Positions 33,940 through 42,667 of a DNA stretch of 42,667 nt are shown piece after piece. Source of the DNA: Candidatus Zhuqueibacterota bacterium. Lineage in GTDB: Bacteria; Zhuqueibacterota; Zhuqueibacteria; Thermofontimicrobiales; Thermofontimicrobiaceae. The notes beneath the pieces are model-generated. The model was given only the letters and a program-made list of their open reading frames with translations, did not search any database and was not told where the DNA came from. The DNA lies in NCBI GenBank assembly GCA_049322915.1, contig JBMOPW010000041.1, forward strand, positions 1-42,667. The letters run 5' to 3'. The position numbers were made by a program, and so were the translations under genes. Numbering within the stretch: the first letter of the stretch is position 1; every line of letters starts with the position of its first letter.

Positions 33940-36558
33940 ATGAAAATTGGCCAAACAATATCGCATTATAATATAGTAAAAAAACTCGGCGAAGGCGGCA
34001 TGGGTGTGGTATACAAAGCCTTTGACACAAACCTGGAGCGGGAAGTGGCGTTGAAAGTGCTCTGTCCCGAAGCTATTGGTGACCCGGCTGCAAAGGAACG
34101 ATTCATCCGCGAAGCCAGGGCTGCCAGCGCGCTGAATCATCCGAACATAGCGACGATTTATGAGATCGATGAAAGCCATGATCAGGATTTTATCTGCATG
34201 GAATACGTTGAAGGCGAGACCATCAAAACAAAAATCCAGTCAGGTCGATTGTCAATGGATGAAGTGCTGAACATTGCAATGCAAATCGCTGAAGCTCTGC
34301 ATGAAGCTCATGAACATGAGATTATTCACAGGGACATCAAGTCAGAGAATATCATGGTCACGTCCAGGGGACAGGTGAAGGTGATGGATTTTGGCCTGGC
34401 CAAGTTCAGAGGTTCCGGAGGCGTCACAAAGATTGGCACGACAATGGGCACGGTCGCCTATATGTCGCCGGAACAGGTACGAGGCGAAGAAGTCGATTTT
34501 CAGTCGGATATATGGTCGCTGGGCGTTGTCCTTTATGAGATGATTACCGGGAAATTACCATTTGGAGGTGAGTTTGATCCGGCAGTTCTTTTTTCCATTG
34601 TTCAGGATACACCTAAACCAATGGCAGCTTTTACGGATGATGTACCTGCCTTCGTGCAATGGATTGTTGATAAAGCGCTGGAAAAAGACCGGGAGAGACG
34701 GTATCGTTCTGTCGCTGATTTTATCGATGATTTGAAAGGGAAGAAAAAAGGGAGCGCCTTCTCCAGAAAGAATTTTTCCTTCAAAAATTTTATAGTGAAA
34801 AAAATTCGTACTGCAGCATGGATCGCGATATCCATGCTGATGGTAGCGCTTTTCTATTTTATAATTATCAAACAGAATGCAGGGAAAACCGAACACTCTC
34901 AGCACACCCAGATCACCTTCTCTGGTGAAGCAAGTTACCCGGCTATTTCACCAGATGGCAATTTTATCGCGTATATCGTTGGCTCACAGGGCGACCAAAA
35001 GCTGATGGTGCAGGAATTGGCTGGCGGACGACCGCTGGAGATTTTCTCGGGACTTAACTTCTTAACCTTGAAGTGGTCGCCGAACGGCGCTGAACTGATC
35101 ACGACAGTGACGTTTAAAGACTCGAATGGTGGAACATTTTTTGTTCCTCGTCGGGGAGGTGCTTCTCGCCGCGTAAGAATCGGCGCTCTTCTATCCCCTT
35201 CGCCGGATGGCTCTCACATTGCGGCTATCTCCTTGTATGGGAAGGAAATAATGCTGTTCAATACGACCACTTCAGCTTTTGAAGAAAATACCATCCCATT
35301 GAATGGCACATACGAATGGTTGCTTGACCTGGATTGGTCGCCATCGGGGAATCGAATTCTCATTCAAATCGCGAAGAAACAGGGACAATCGAGCATCTGT
35401 ACCATCAGAACTGATGGTAGTCAACAACAGCAAGTAGTCGAAGACAGTGTTGTCCTATATTCTCCTCGCTGGTCTGGTGGCGGAGATGCTATTTATTACA
35501 TGAGGTCGAATGGACCGACCCGAGATTTTATGAAAGTGCCGATTTCGACGGCTACAGGAGAAGCAAAAGCACAGCCCAATATTCTTCAGTCTGGTTTACA
35601 AGCCGGCGATTATTTTTCATTATCAAGGAATAATAAGCGAGTACTTTATAGTCGCGAGTTGAGTTATTCAAATTTATGGCTGGTTCATCGTGACGGAACA
35701 GGCGCTGCAAAGACGAAACAACTCACGACAGGCACTTCGTGGATTCATTGGCCAGCAATTTCACCAGATGGGAAATGGCTGGCCTTTAGCATTGGCGATC
35801 ACACTCGTGCAAATATTTTTGTGATGCCAATCGAAGGCGGCTCCAGTCGACAATTAACTTTCTCTGAATACTATAACGCCAGCCCAGCATGGGATTCGAG
35901 TGGAAAGGAAATAGCGTACGGTTCGACTGAAGATGGAAAACCACGAGTATGTAAGATCAGGATTAATGGTGGAACACCACGAATTTTTGAAAAAACTGAT
36001 TTGAGTCCTGATGGATTATCAGTTACCTGGGCTAGTGACGGTCACATCCTGTACCAACTCCCGGGAAATCGGAATTTTCAGATTCTCAATCCACAAACCA
36101 CAGAGGAGCGTGCTCTGGTAGCTAATGATTCAGTTGGTTGGATGTTTAATCCGTGCTTTTCACCCGATGGCAAAAGCGTAGCTGTTATGTGGAATCGACG
36201 AGAGCCAGGCAAGCCAGCGCGGGGTCCAACGAGCGCCGGTGGCATCTGGCTGATTTCTCTCGAAGATTCTGCTCTGACTTTTTTATTAAAAGGGGACTTC
36301 TATCCCATCGGGTGGTCGCCTGATGGGAAGGGGATTTATGCCTGGAATCCCAATAAAAAGCCCATGGAAATCTTGATAGTTCCTGTCAACGGTGGTAAAC
36401 CAGAAGCGATCATCACCTTACCTTTTGAAAATTTTATTATGAATGGTATCAGCGTGACCCCTGACGGGAATAAAATTGTCTGCGCTGTGTTTGAAAAGCG
36501 GTCCGATGTCTGGCTGATGGAAAACTTTGACCCTGATGTCGGGAACGAAAGGCGGTAG
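33940..36558 (+). CDS. Hanks-type Ser/Thr protein kinase, single TM, extracytoplasmic TolB-like (PD40) beta-propeller
   Basis: LGEGGMGVVYKA, VALKV, HRDIKSEN, DFG, GTVAYMSPE; TM 'AAWIAISMLMVALFYFIII'; many 'P.[WIF]SPDG..[IL]A' repeats. Confidence 0.95.
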   Translation: MKIGQTISHYNIVKKLGEGGMGVVYKAFDTNLEREVALKVLCPEAIGDPAAKERFIREARAASALNHPNIATIYEIDESHDQDFICMEYVEGETIKTKIQSGRLSMDEVLNIAMQIAEALHEAHEHEIIHRDIKSENIMVTSRGQVKVMDFGLAKFRGSGGVTKIGTTMGTVAYMSPEQVRGEEVDFQSDIWSLGVVLYEMITGKLPFGGEFDPAVLFSIVQDTPKPMAAFTDDVPAFVQWIVDKALEKDRERRYRSVADFIDDLKGKKKGSAFSRKNFSFKNFIVKKIRTAAWIAISMLMVALFYFIIIKQNAGKTEHSQHTQITFSGEASYPAISPDGNFIAYIVGSQGDQKLMVQELAGGRPLEIFSGLNFLTLKWSPNGAELITTVTFKDSNGGTFFVPRRGGASRRVRIGALLSPSPDGSHIAAISLYGKEIMLFNTTTSAFEENTIPLNGTYEWLLDLDWSPSGNRILIQIAKKQGQSSICTIRTDGSQQQQVVEDSVVLYSPRWSGGGDAIYYMRSNGPTRDFMKVPISTATGEAKAQPNILQSGLQAGDYFSLSRNNKRVLYSRELSYSNLWLVHRDGTGAAKTKQLTTGTSWIHWPAISPDGKWLAFSIGDHTRANIFVMPIEGGSSRQLTFSEYYNASPAWDSSGKEIAYGSTEDGKPRVCKIRINGGTPRIFEKTDLSPDGLSVTWASDGHILYQLPGNRNFQILNPQTTEERALVANDSVGWMFNPCFSPDGKSVAVMWNRREPGKPARGPTSAGGIWLISLEDSALTFLLKGDFYPIGWSPDGKGIYAWNPNKKPMEILIVPVNGGKPEAIITLPFENFIMNGISVTPDGNKIVCAVFEKRSDVWLMENFDPDVGNERR

Positions 36559-36599
36559 TAACAATAACGCATATCAAAAAGGGAGCGAAGGAGGGTAAA

Positions 36600-38162
36600 T
36601 TGAAAACTCCGATTAATAAATCTGAGCCAAGTCACTCCATAAATGATATCCAAAATCAATTCGTCATCCTCAAAGCCGCGAATCGCATCGCGCATTTATT
36701 GAGCAAGACAATACCCCTTGAAAAAGCGATTGATCCGCTCATCAATGAATTCATTGAATTGACTCTGGCGGATTGTGGATCGATTCAACTATTGCGGCCG
36801 GGTTCACAGAAGACGCAACGAAATCTGATTCGAAAATGCACGCATGCTGATTGTGGCTTCGATAACCATCTGGAAAATTTAATCGCCGGTTGGATTTTGA
36901 AAAACCGTTCATCCCTCGTCACGTACGACATCACCACCCATATCAATCTCGGCGCAGTCGCGAAAAAATATTCGGACATATCGTCGTATATTGCAATACC
37001 AATTCCCTATCAGGAAAGTATCATCGGCGTGGTGACGGTGCTTCGGGTTAAACCATCAAGTCCATTTCCGGAAGAAGCTGAGTCGGTCTCGGCTTCGTTG
37101 GCGAAAGAGATCGCTGAATTCATCGAGCAGGCGAATATCCGTGAGCAATTATTCAGCGATTATCAGAAACTCCAGCAGGAGGTATCCGATCGCTATTCTG
37201 TTCACGGTATTCTGGGACGAGGCCCGGCCATGAAAGAGGTGTTCAATGTCCTGGAGCGCGTCATTCCGACAGAAGGGCGGGTACTGCTCCAGGGAGAGAG
37301 CGGCACCGGAAAAGAACGCATTGCCAAAGTTATTCATTATGAAGGTCCCAGAAAAGCCCGCCCTTTCATCGCTGTCGATTGCGGCGCGTTGCCCCCGAGC
37401 CTGCTGGAGAGCGAGCTATTTGGTCATGTGCGCGGCGCATTCACTGGCGCGGATCGGGATCGCCGCGGGCTGTTCGAGGAAGCGGATGGCGGCACTCTGT
37501 TCCTGGACGAGATCGCCAACACCACTCTGGAAACCCAGGCAAAACTGTTGCGCGTACTGCAGGAAGGAGAACTCCGCCCCATTGGCTCCAACCAGCCCCG
37601 CAAAGTGAATGTCCGGATCATCACTGCCGCGTCCATTGATCTGGATCAAAAAATCAAGAATGGTGAATTCCGCGCTGACCTATTTTACAGGCTCAATGTC
37701 GTTCCGATAAAATTACCATCGCTTCGGGAGCGGGTGGAAGATATTCCCACGCTGGCGGATCATTTCCTCATCCGTTTCGCGGAAAAGCATGGTAAGCAAT
37801 TAAAGCATATTTCGGCTGAAACGATCAAAGTAATGGAAAAGTATCCCTGGCCCGGCAATGTGCGGGAACTGGAAAATACTGTCGAGCGCGCGGTGATCCT
37901 TTCCAGGTCAACGGATACCACCATGAAACCGGAGCATTTGCCATTTGGTCTTTCATTTGGCGAATTGCAGCAACGACCCTCTGAACTCCCGCTCACCGGC
38001 AGCCTAGAAACGCTGCTTGCAAATTACGAGCGTGAGATTATTAAAAATGCGCTCGGTAAACATGGCTGGAACCAGTCTGCAGCGGCCAAGGAGTTGAATA
38101 TTTCCGAACGAACCATGCGGTATAAAATCCAGCGGCTGGCGTTGCTGTCGCCGAAAAAGTAG
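36600..38162 (+). CDS. sigma54-dependent transcriptional activator (GAF + AAA+ + Fis-type HTH)
   Basis: TTG start with AAGGAGG RBS; GAF-like N-terminus ('SYIAIPI....IIGVV'); GESGTGKE, ESELFGH, GAFTGA, LFLDEI, DLFYRL, WPGNVRELEN; HTH 'WNQSAAAKELNISERTMRYKI'. Confidence 0.95.
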   Translation: MKTPINKSEPSHSINDIQNQFVILKAANRIAHLLSKTIPLEKAIDPLINEFIELTLADCGSIQLLRPGSQKTQRNLIRKCTHADCGFDNHLENLIAGWILKNRSSLVTYDITTHINLGAVAKKYSDISSYIAIPIPYQESIIGVVTVLRVKPSSPFPEEAESVSASLAKEIAEFIEQANIREQLFSDYQKLQQEVSDRYSVHGILGRGPAMKEVFNVLERVIPTEGRVLLQGESGTGKERIAKVIHYEGPRKARPFIAVDCGALPPSLLESELFGHVRGAFTGADRDRRGLFEEADGGTLFLDEIANTTLETQAKLLRVLQEGELRPIGSNQPRKVNVRIITAASIDLDQKIKNGEFRADLFYRLNVVPIKLPSLRERVEDIPTLADHFLIRFAEKHGKQLKHISAETIKVMEKYPWPGNVRELENTVERAVILSRSTDTTMKPEHLPFGLSFGELQQRPSELPLTGSLETLLANYEREIIKNALGKHGWNQSAAAKELNISERTMRYKIQRLALLSPKK

Positions 38163-38390
38163 TCTGAAGTGATTCCGAGATAAAAGGCACCCGCAAAATC
38201 CCAAATGCCACATGACAGATGATTTTCAATAATTAAAAACGCAAATTCCAGGCACGTTACTGCTTCCTGAAAAACGCTAATTTGTTTGGGACTTGTCTGT
38301 TGTGGCTTGGAGTTCTGCTTTAGTTTCCTCCCATAATTTCTTACATTAAGCTTGTTTATCAACCTGAAGAGACCGATTGCCAAAAGTTAA

Positions 38391-38432
38391 CTCGGCAATA
38401 ATTGTCGAGTTCTTTCCCGACAAAATTGTCGG
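38391..38432. promoter_or_regulatory. Tandem palindromic upstream activator sequences
   Basis: CTCGGCAAT-a-ATTGTCGAG (38391-38409) and CCGACAA-aa-TTGTCGG (38417-38432), about 100 bp upstream of a -24/-12 element. Confidence 0.65.
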
Positions 38433-38528
38433 ATCCCAGTCTCATCAGTAGTCGTTCACAGAATTAACCTCCATTTAACTCTCATAAAACCATAGAGATA
38501 ATCCCAGGTTAAATTTTCCGATTTTTCA

Positions 38529-38544
38529 TGGCATGCGAATTGAA
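38529..38544 (+). promoter_or_regulatory. sigma54 promoter with variant -12 element
   Basis: TGGCATGCGAATTGAA: GG-N10-GA rather than GC; lies downstream of an activator gene and UAS pair. Confidence 0.55.
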
Positions 38545-38609
38545 TACTACATGCGAAAATGATAATTCAATTCACAACACAATTCATTTAAAACAAGATG
38601 GAGGTCGTT

Positions 38610-39305
38610 ATGACCAAAAAAATTATTCTTCTCAGTTTCGTCGCCTTCGCATTAATGGTAGGCGGTTGTTCTAAAGAATCTCCGGTAGCTCCGGATCAGA
38701 TGGAAACCGCTGCTGGCAACAGTCTGGCAAAGCAGACTGTCACCGCAGATCAATCCCAGTCCCGGTTATCGAGTCGGTGGGAGAATGTCTCGTTTCAAGG
38801 AACGGTTCTTCTCGGAATACATACGATCGACTTTGGAGATTTGGATGCTCTATGGAATGCCCTCGACAATGCAGATGCATTCGATGTGCCCTCCCGGTTC
38901 TCCCCAAATTATTATTTTTCTGTAGATGCTGGCGCAAAATCTATAAGTGGGTTCGGGGCCGTTCCAGGGGATGATATTGTCATTGCTGGCGTAAGTGGAA
39001 AATTGTGTTCCATATTGACTTATGAGCTGAATCCTGCTGAGGGGAAGCCTGGTCCGATGCGCGCTCGTTTAATTCATCTCTTTGAGGGAAAAGACGGTTC
39101 TTTCGTCACGATGGATCGAGCGGCTTTAGTACCCGTGGGTACTGATCCGAATGTATCCATGGTCAACGACTACCTTGAAATCATGGCCGGTACCGGCGTG
39201 TTTGAAAACGCGTCTGGAAGACTCACGAACCAAGGCATTATTGACCTTAATACTTTTACTCTTACAGTAAACCTAATCGGTCGTGTATCTGGTGATGGAA
39301 TATAG
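38610..39305 (+). CDS. Lipoprotein with dirigent/allene-oxide-cyclase-like beta-barrel C-terminus
   Basis: GGAGG RBS before ATG 38610; lipoprotein signal MTKKIILLSFVAFALMVGG/C; 'LEIMAGTGVFENASG' matches the I.GGTG.F..A.G signature. Confidence 0.7.
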   Translation: MTKKIILLSFVAFALMVGGCSKESPVAPDQMETAAGNSLAKQTVTADQSQSRLSSRWENVSFQGTVLLGIHTIDFGDLDALWNALDNADAFDVPSRFSPNYYFSVDAGAKSISGFGAVPGDDIVIAGVSGKLCSILTYELNPAEGKPGPMRARLIHLFEGKDGSFVTMDRAALVPVGTDPNVSMVNDYLEIMAGTGVFENASGRLTNQGIIDLNTFTLTVNLIGRVSGDGI

Positions 39306-39396
39306 AAAGAGAAAATTTGCAGGCCATTATTCTCATTGGGTGTATGGGCGATGGCTCAACTGTCCGTTGTATAAACTATTGAGTAAACTAGGTGAA

Positions 39397-39428
39397 TACA
39401 CTGGGGTGTGGAATCACACCCCGGTGTA
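39397..39428 (+). terminator. Strong hairpin downstream of the lipoprotein gene
   Basis: tacactggggtgtg-gaat-cacaccccggtgta: 14-bp stem with one G-U pair; weak U-tract. Confidence 0.55.
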
Positions 39429-39742
39429 GATTTAAACAGAAATAGATCTTTACTATCCCAAAATGCCTGTTAATGTTATTCCGCTCTTTAAACAACAATT
39501 GACTGAGAGGGAAAGCACCAGGCTCTTATCTCATGTAACGACTGGAACAGTGACCACCCATAATTAACTCAAAAACAGATAAGGGGACGATGTCCCCTTA
39601 GTCATTTTTTTCTTTTCAGTTGGAAAATGTAGTTTATAGAGCAAATATTTTACTTAATTAATTCAAGCAGGAGACTTGCTATCTATTTGAATTTGCTCTT
39701 TATAATTCAGGATAAATTTGTTTAGTTCAAGGAGGAAATACA

Positions 39743-41533
39743 ATGAGCAACATAGCAGTAATAAATAAGTTATTTTGGAAGACAATCTCACTTTTAATCA
39801 TCGGCGCATTATCGTTTCATAACGCTTGGGCTCAGGGATTTACAAGGCTCTCTACTTCTAGCTTGGGTCGCGATCTCGGTGGTTTTCTTGGTACAGCCTG
39901 GGGCGATTATGATAACGATGGATACGTGGACTTGTTTGTCGCCAATTGTAAAGGTCCCAACATGCTTTTCCATAATGATGGTATCAGAGGATTCACCAAA
40001 ATAACGACCGGAGAAATATCGACTGATCAGGCCAATTCATATAGTGCGAGCTGGGGTGATTTTGACAATGATGGTGACCTGGATTTATTTGTCGCCAATT
40101 TAAGTGGCACTAATTTCTTGTATCGTAATGATGAAGGTATCCTTGTGAGAATCAAAGAAGGTGTTGTTGTCACAAGCAGGGGCAATTCTACCAGCGGCAG
40201 TTGGGGTGATTACGATAATGACGGCGATCTGGATCTGTTCGTGACAAATGATACACAAAAAAATTTCCTTTATCAAAATAATGGGGACGGTACTTTTACA
40301 AAAATCACCAACAGCATCGTTGTCAACGACGTTATTGTGTCTTCGTTAGTAGGCTTATGGGCTGATTACGACAATGACGGCGATCTTGATTTATATGTAG
40401 TGAATGGATTTTTTTCCTTAAGTTCTAATTTCCTTTATCGTAATGAAGGGCTGGGAAATTTCACAAAAATTACAACAGGTAGCATTGTCACCGATGTCGA
40501 AGGATCGACTGGAGGAAGTTGGGGAGATTACAACAATGATGGTTACCTCGATCTGTATGTCTGCAATAGCGTCAATAATGCCCGGAATTCACTTTATCGT
40601 AATAATGGCAATGGCACTTTTACAAAAATATTCAACGGTAGTATTGTGACTGATACCGGTCATTCAGTTGGCAGCAGTTGGATTGACTATGACAATGATG
40701 GTGATTTAGATCTGTTTGTCGTGAATGTTTTTGCTGCAAATAATATATTATACAGGAACAATGGAAATGGAAGCTTCTCAAAAATTACATCTGGAGCAAT
40801 TGTAAATGATACCGGATACCCTTTTGGATGTAGCTGGGCTGATTTTGATAATGATGGCGATCAGGATGCAATTGTGACCAATGGTGGATTCAGTCTGACA
40901 ATGAATAACTTTTTTTATCGGAATGATCAGAGTCAACACAACTGGATTACGATTCAGCTTAAAGGAACTACGGGGAATTCTTCTGCGATTGGGGCTATGG
41001 TTCGTGTTAAAGCGACAGTCCTGGGGAAAACGATCTGGCAGGTGCAGCAGATTGCAGGACAGTCTGGTTTTTTAGGACAGAACAGTCTGGATGCTGAATT
41101 TGGTTTGGGTGATGCGACCACTATTGATTCAATAATCATTAAATGGCCGTCAGGTAATTTACAAGTGTTGACCGATGTTGAAGCAAATCAATTCCTAAAA
41201 ATAGTTGAAGAACAGACAACTGAGGTATTTCAAAAATTATCCAGTAAAGCGTCATTAGAATATAATTTAGCAGACAATTATCCCAATCCATTCAATGCCA
41301 ACACTATCATGGAATATCAAGTGACGCAAGCCGGGAATGTAAGAATCAATATTTTTAATCTGCTCGGTCAAAAAGTGATAACGCTTGTCGATGAAATGCA
41401 TCAGTCAGGACGCTATTCTATTTTATGGGATGGAATAGATGGAACAGGCAATTCTGTCCCATCCGGGATGTATTTTTATAAAATGGAAGCGGATAAATTT
41501 TCAGCGACGAAAAAAATGTTACTGCTCGAATAG
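39743..41533 (+). CDS. Secreted FG-GAP/VCBS-repeat (CRTAC1-like) protein with ASPIC/UnbV domain and T9SS-A/FlgD-like sorting domain
   Basis: Seven 'W.D[YF][DN]NDG..D...N...[LF][YF].N' repeats; 'NWITIQLKG..N.SAIGA.V..GFLGQN...EFGLG....IDSIIIKWPSG'; 'LADNYPNPFN..WDG.D..SGMYFY..KKMLLLE'; AAGGAGG RBS. Confidence 0.93.
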   Translation: MSNIAVINKLFWKTISLLIIGALSFHNAWAQGFTRLSTSSLGRDLGGFLGTAWGDYDNDGYVDLFVANCKGPNMLFHNDGIRGFTKITTGEISTDQANSYSASWGDFDNDGDLDLFVANLSGTNFLYRNDEGILVRIKEGVVVTSRGNSTSGSWGDYDNDGDLDLFVTNDTQKNFLYQNNGDGTFTKITNSIVVNDVIVSSLVGLWADYDNDGDLDLYVVNGFFSLSSNFLYRNEGLGNFTKITTGSIVTDVEGSTGGSWGDYNNDGYLDLYVCNSVNNARNSLYRNNGNGTFTKIFNGSIVTDTGHSVGSSWIDYDNDGDLDLFVVNVFAANNILYRNNGNGSFSKITSGAIVNDTGYPFGCSWADFDNDGDQDAIVTNGGFSLTMNNFFYRNDQSQHNWITIQLKGTTGNSSAIGAMVRVKATVLGKTIWQVQQIAGQSGFLGQNSLDAEFGLGDATTIDSIIIKWPSGNLQVLTDVEANQFLKIVEEQTTEVFQKLSSKASLEYNLADNYPNPFNANTIMEYQVTQAGNVRINIFNLLGQKVITLVDEMHQSGRYSILWDGIDGTGNSVPSGMYFYKMEADKFSATKKMLLLE

Positions 41534-41556
41534 ATTTCTACCTTAGGTTCTTTTAT

Positions 41557-41598
41557 GAGCAGAAGGATTTGTCAACAGCGATAAATATCCTTCTGCTC
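41557..41598. terminator. Hairpin terminator between convergent genes
   Basis: gagcagaaggat ... atccttctgctc, perfect 12-bp stem 23 nt after the stop. Confidence 0.65.
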
Positions 41599-41952
41599 GT
41601 TTCGCTTACCATGAAGACTTAACACCAATAATTCCAGCCACATTCAATAAGTGAAAATTCCCAAACCGACCGTAATCGACACTGCCAATACTCCCAGAAT
41701 ATTTGGGAGAATTATATTTTTGCACCGTGGAGCAATTCGCTTCAGTTTTCACACCGAGGAAGAAGATTGCAATCAGTGGCTGAGAATTGACGGAAGATGA
41801 TTTTTGTTCCCGCAGCGAATCAGCCGAACCAATCGGCCGATCCAAGCATTGCCGTTTAGAAGCATCCGGCAATGTCTTCAAATCGGCCATTCCCTGGATA
41901 GCCTGAAAATCGGGACTGCTAAAAAAGACACTGGCGCCGGCTATTCCATCGG

Positions 41953-42477
41953 TTAAAGTTTGATATTGCTGAAAAAATATTGAGCCAGGAGCCCGGCAAT
42001 GGGCGGGAAGAAGAACGTGCAGGCTAGGCGAATCAGGGACAATCGCCAGCCCAACATGCCGAGTTCCATCGGCAGGCGACTGATCGCCCACAATGACCAG
42101 CCCGTCAGGTAGGCGACCATGGTGCCGACGCCGGCGCCGGATTTCAACAGGCCCACGGCAATGGGCAGGCTGACATAGGGGCCGCCGGGCGAAAAGCCGC
42201 CGGCGACTGTGCCGATCAAAATGCCGCGGAAACCGGACTCGGCGCCGATCCACTTTGTGACCAACTCGCGCGGCAACAGCACCTGAATCATCCCGGCGAT
42301 GATGAAGGCGAAAATTAACATCGGAAGTATCTGGTACGTCATTGTCGCCGCGGACTTGAGACCAACCAGATGCTGGCTTTGTCCCTTTGTGTAGGCGAGG
42401 AAGGTGAGTATCAGAGCAATCGCTCCCATGATGATCGTTGGAATTAACATATCTGCTTTTCTCCCGGGTTTGGCCAT
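41953..42477 (-). CDS. Small permease (ArsP/DUF318-like, half-size)
   Basis: Hydrophobic; 'LLPRELVTKWIG..SG.RGILIG...G..SPGGPYVSLPIA..L...GA'; alternative start at 42450. Confidence 0.75.
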   Translation of the reverse strand: MAKPGRKADMLIPTIIMGAIALILTFLAYTKGQSQHLVGLKSAATMTYQILPMLIFAFIIAGMIQVLLPRELVTKWIGAESGFRGILIGTVAGGFSPGGPYVSLPIAVGLLKSGAGVGTMVAYLTGWSLWAISRLPMELGMLGWRLSLIRLACTFFFPPIAGLLAQYFFSNIKL

Positions 42478-42513
42478 AACGTGTCTCCAGTGAATAATTA
42501 AAAATTCTGAATC

Positions 42514-42536
42514 GTTACTATTCAGCCACGAGGTCT
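42514..42536 (+). mobile_element. Left end of a second IS66-type MITE, interrupted by the 130-bp MITE
   Basis: gttactattcagccacgaggtctctaa aligns without gaps to gtaactattcagccgcaaagtctctaa at 29189. Confidence 0.7.
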
Positions 42537-42666
42537 CTAACCTGAATTATTCATGAACTTGCTCAGAATTTGAGTCAACATTCAGATTTTCAATTAGCTA
42601 AAAACTAAGCTATTTTGTAACTCAGTTTTTATACGTTTATTCTAAAAAGAGCACCATTCAGGTTAG
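42537..42666. mobile_element. 130-bp MITE (copy 2)
   Basis: Same length and terminal IR as 28948-29077, with a handful of substitutions. Confidence 0.85.
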
Positions 42667-42667
42667 C

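Noticed and set aside
33131..33943. Short ORFs in the protease-kinase intergenic region
   Set aside because: Mutually overlapping, no clear RBS or motifs; treated as a divergent promoter region.
39890..40930. CRISPR-like periodic repeats
   Set aside because: Degenerate in-frame FG-GAP coding repeats, not identical repeats with unique spacers; no cas genes.
41606..42253. 215-aa minus-strand ORF and a short hydrophobic frame (ILGVLAVSITVGLGIFTY) near 41644-41700
   Set aside because: The ORF overlaps the permease out of frame. The hydrophobic fragment lacks a convincing start, so a pseudogene call is unsupported.

Overview
Bacterial chromosomal window, most consistent with a diderm FCB-superphylum organism such as candidate division KSB1 or Calditrichota. 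This is an inference from four secreted proteins ending in a 'QN[YF]PNPFN...G[ILM]Y[FL]Y...KK[ML]' T9SS-type-A/FlgD-Ig-like C-terminal sorting domain, plus a TonB-dependent receptor and a Hanks kinase with a TolB-like propeller. From left to right: (1) an operon of two signal-peptide-bearing, phage tail-fibre-like paralogs with a shared N-terminus and different tips, followed by a secreted FN3-like/LamG protein that runs off the window and is missing from the ORF track; (2) a SusCD-free sugar-utilisation region (two SSS symporters, galactokinase, GH78-like hydrolase, heparinase II/III-like lyase, DUF72); (3) an outer-membrane beta-barrel and an AAA+/DUF4143 ATPase with a tandem palindromic operator; (4) a sorting-domain protein/lipoprotein/TonB-receptor operon behind a sigma54 promoter; (5) an AEC transporter, a redoxin/beta-helix fusion and an S8 protease around a MITE-rich spacer, which includes an IS66-type MITE with a perfect 8-bp target duplication; (6) a Ser/Thr kinase and GAF-sigma54 activator pair, followed by a dirigent-like lipoprotein and an FG-GAP/ASPIC protein; (7) a small permease and a nested MITE at the right edge. 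No rRNA, tRNA, CRISPR array or intact transposase was seen.
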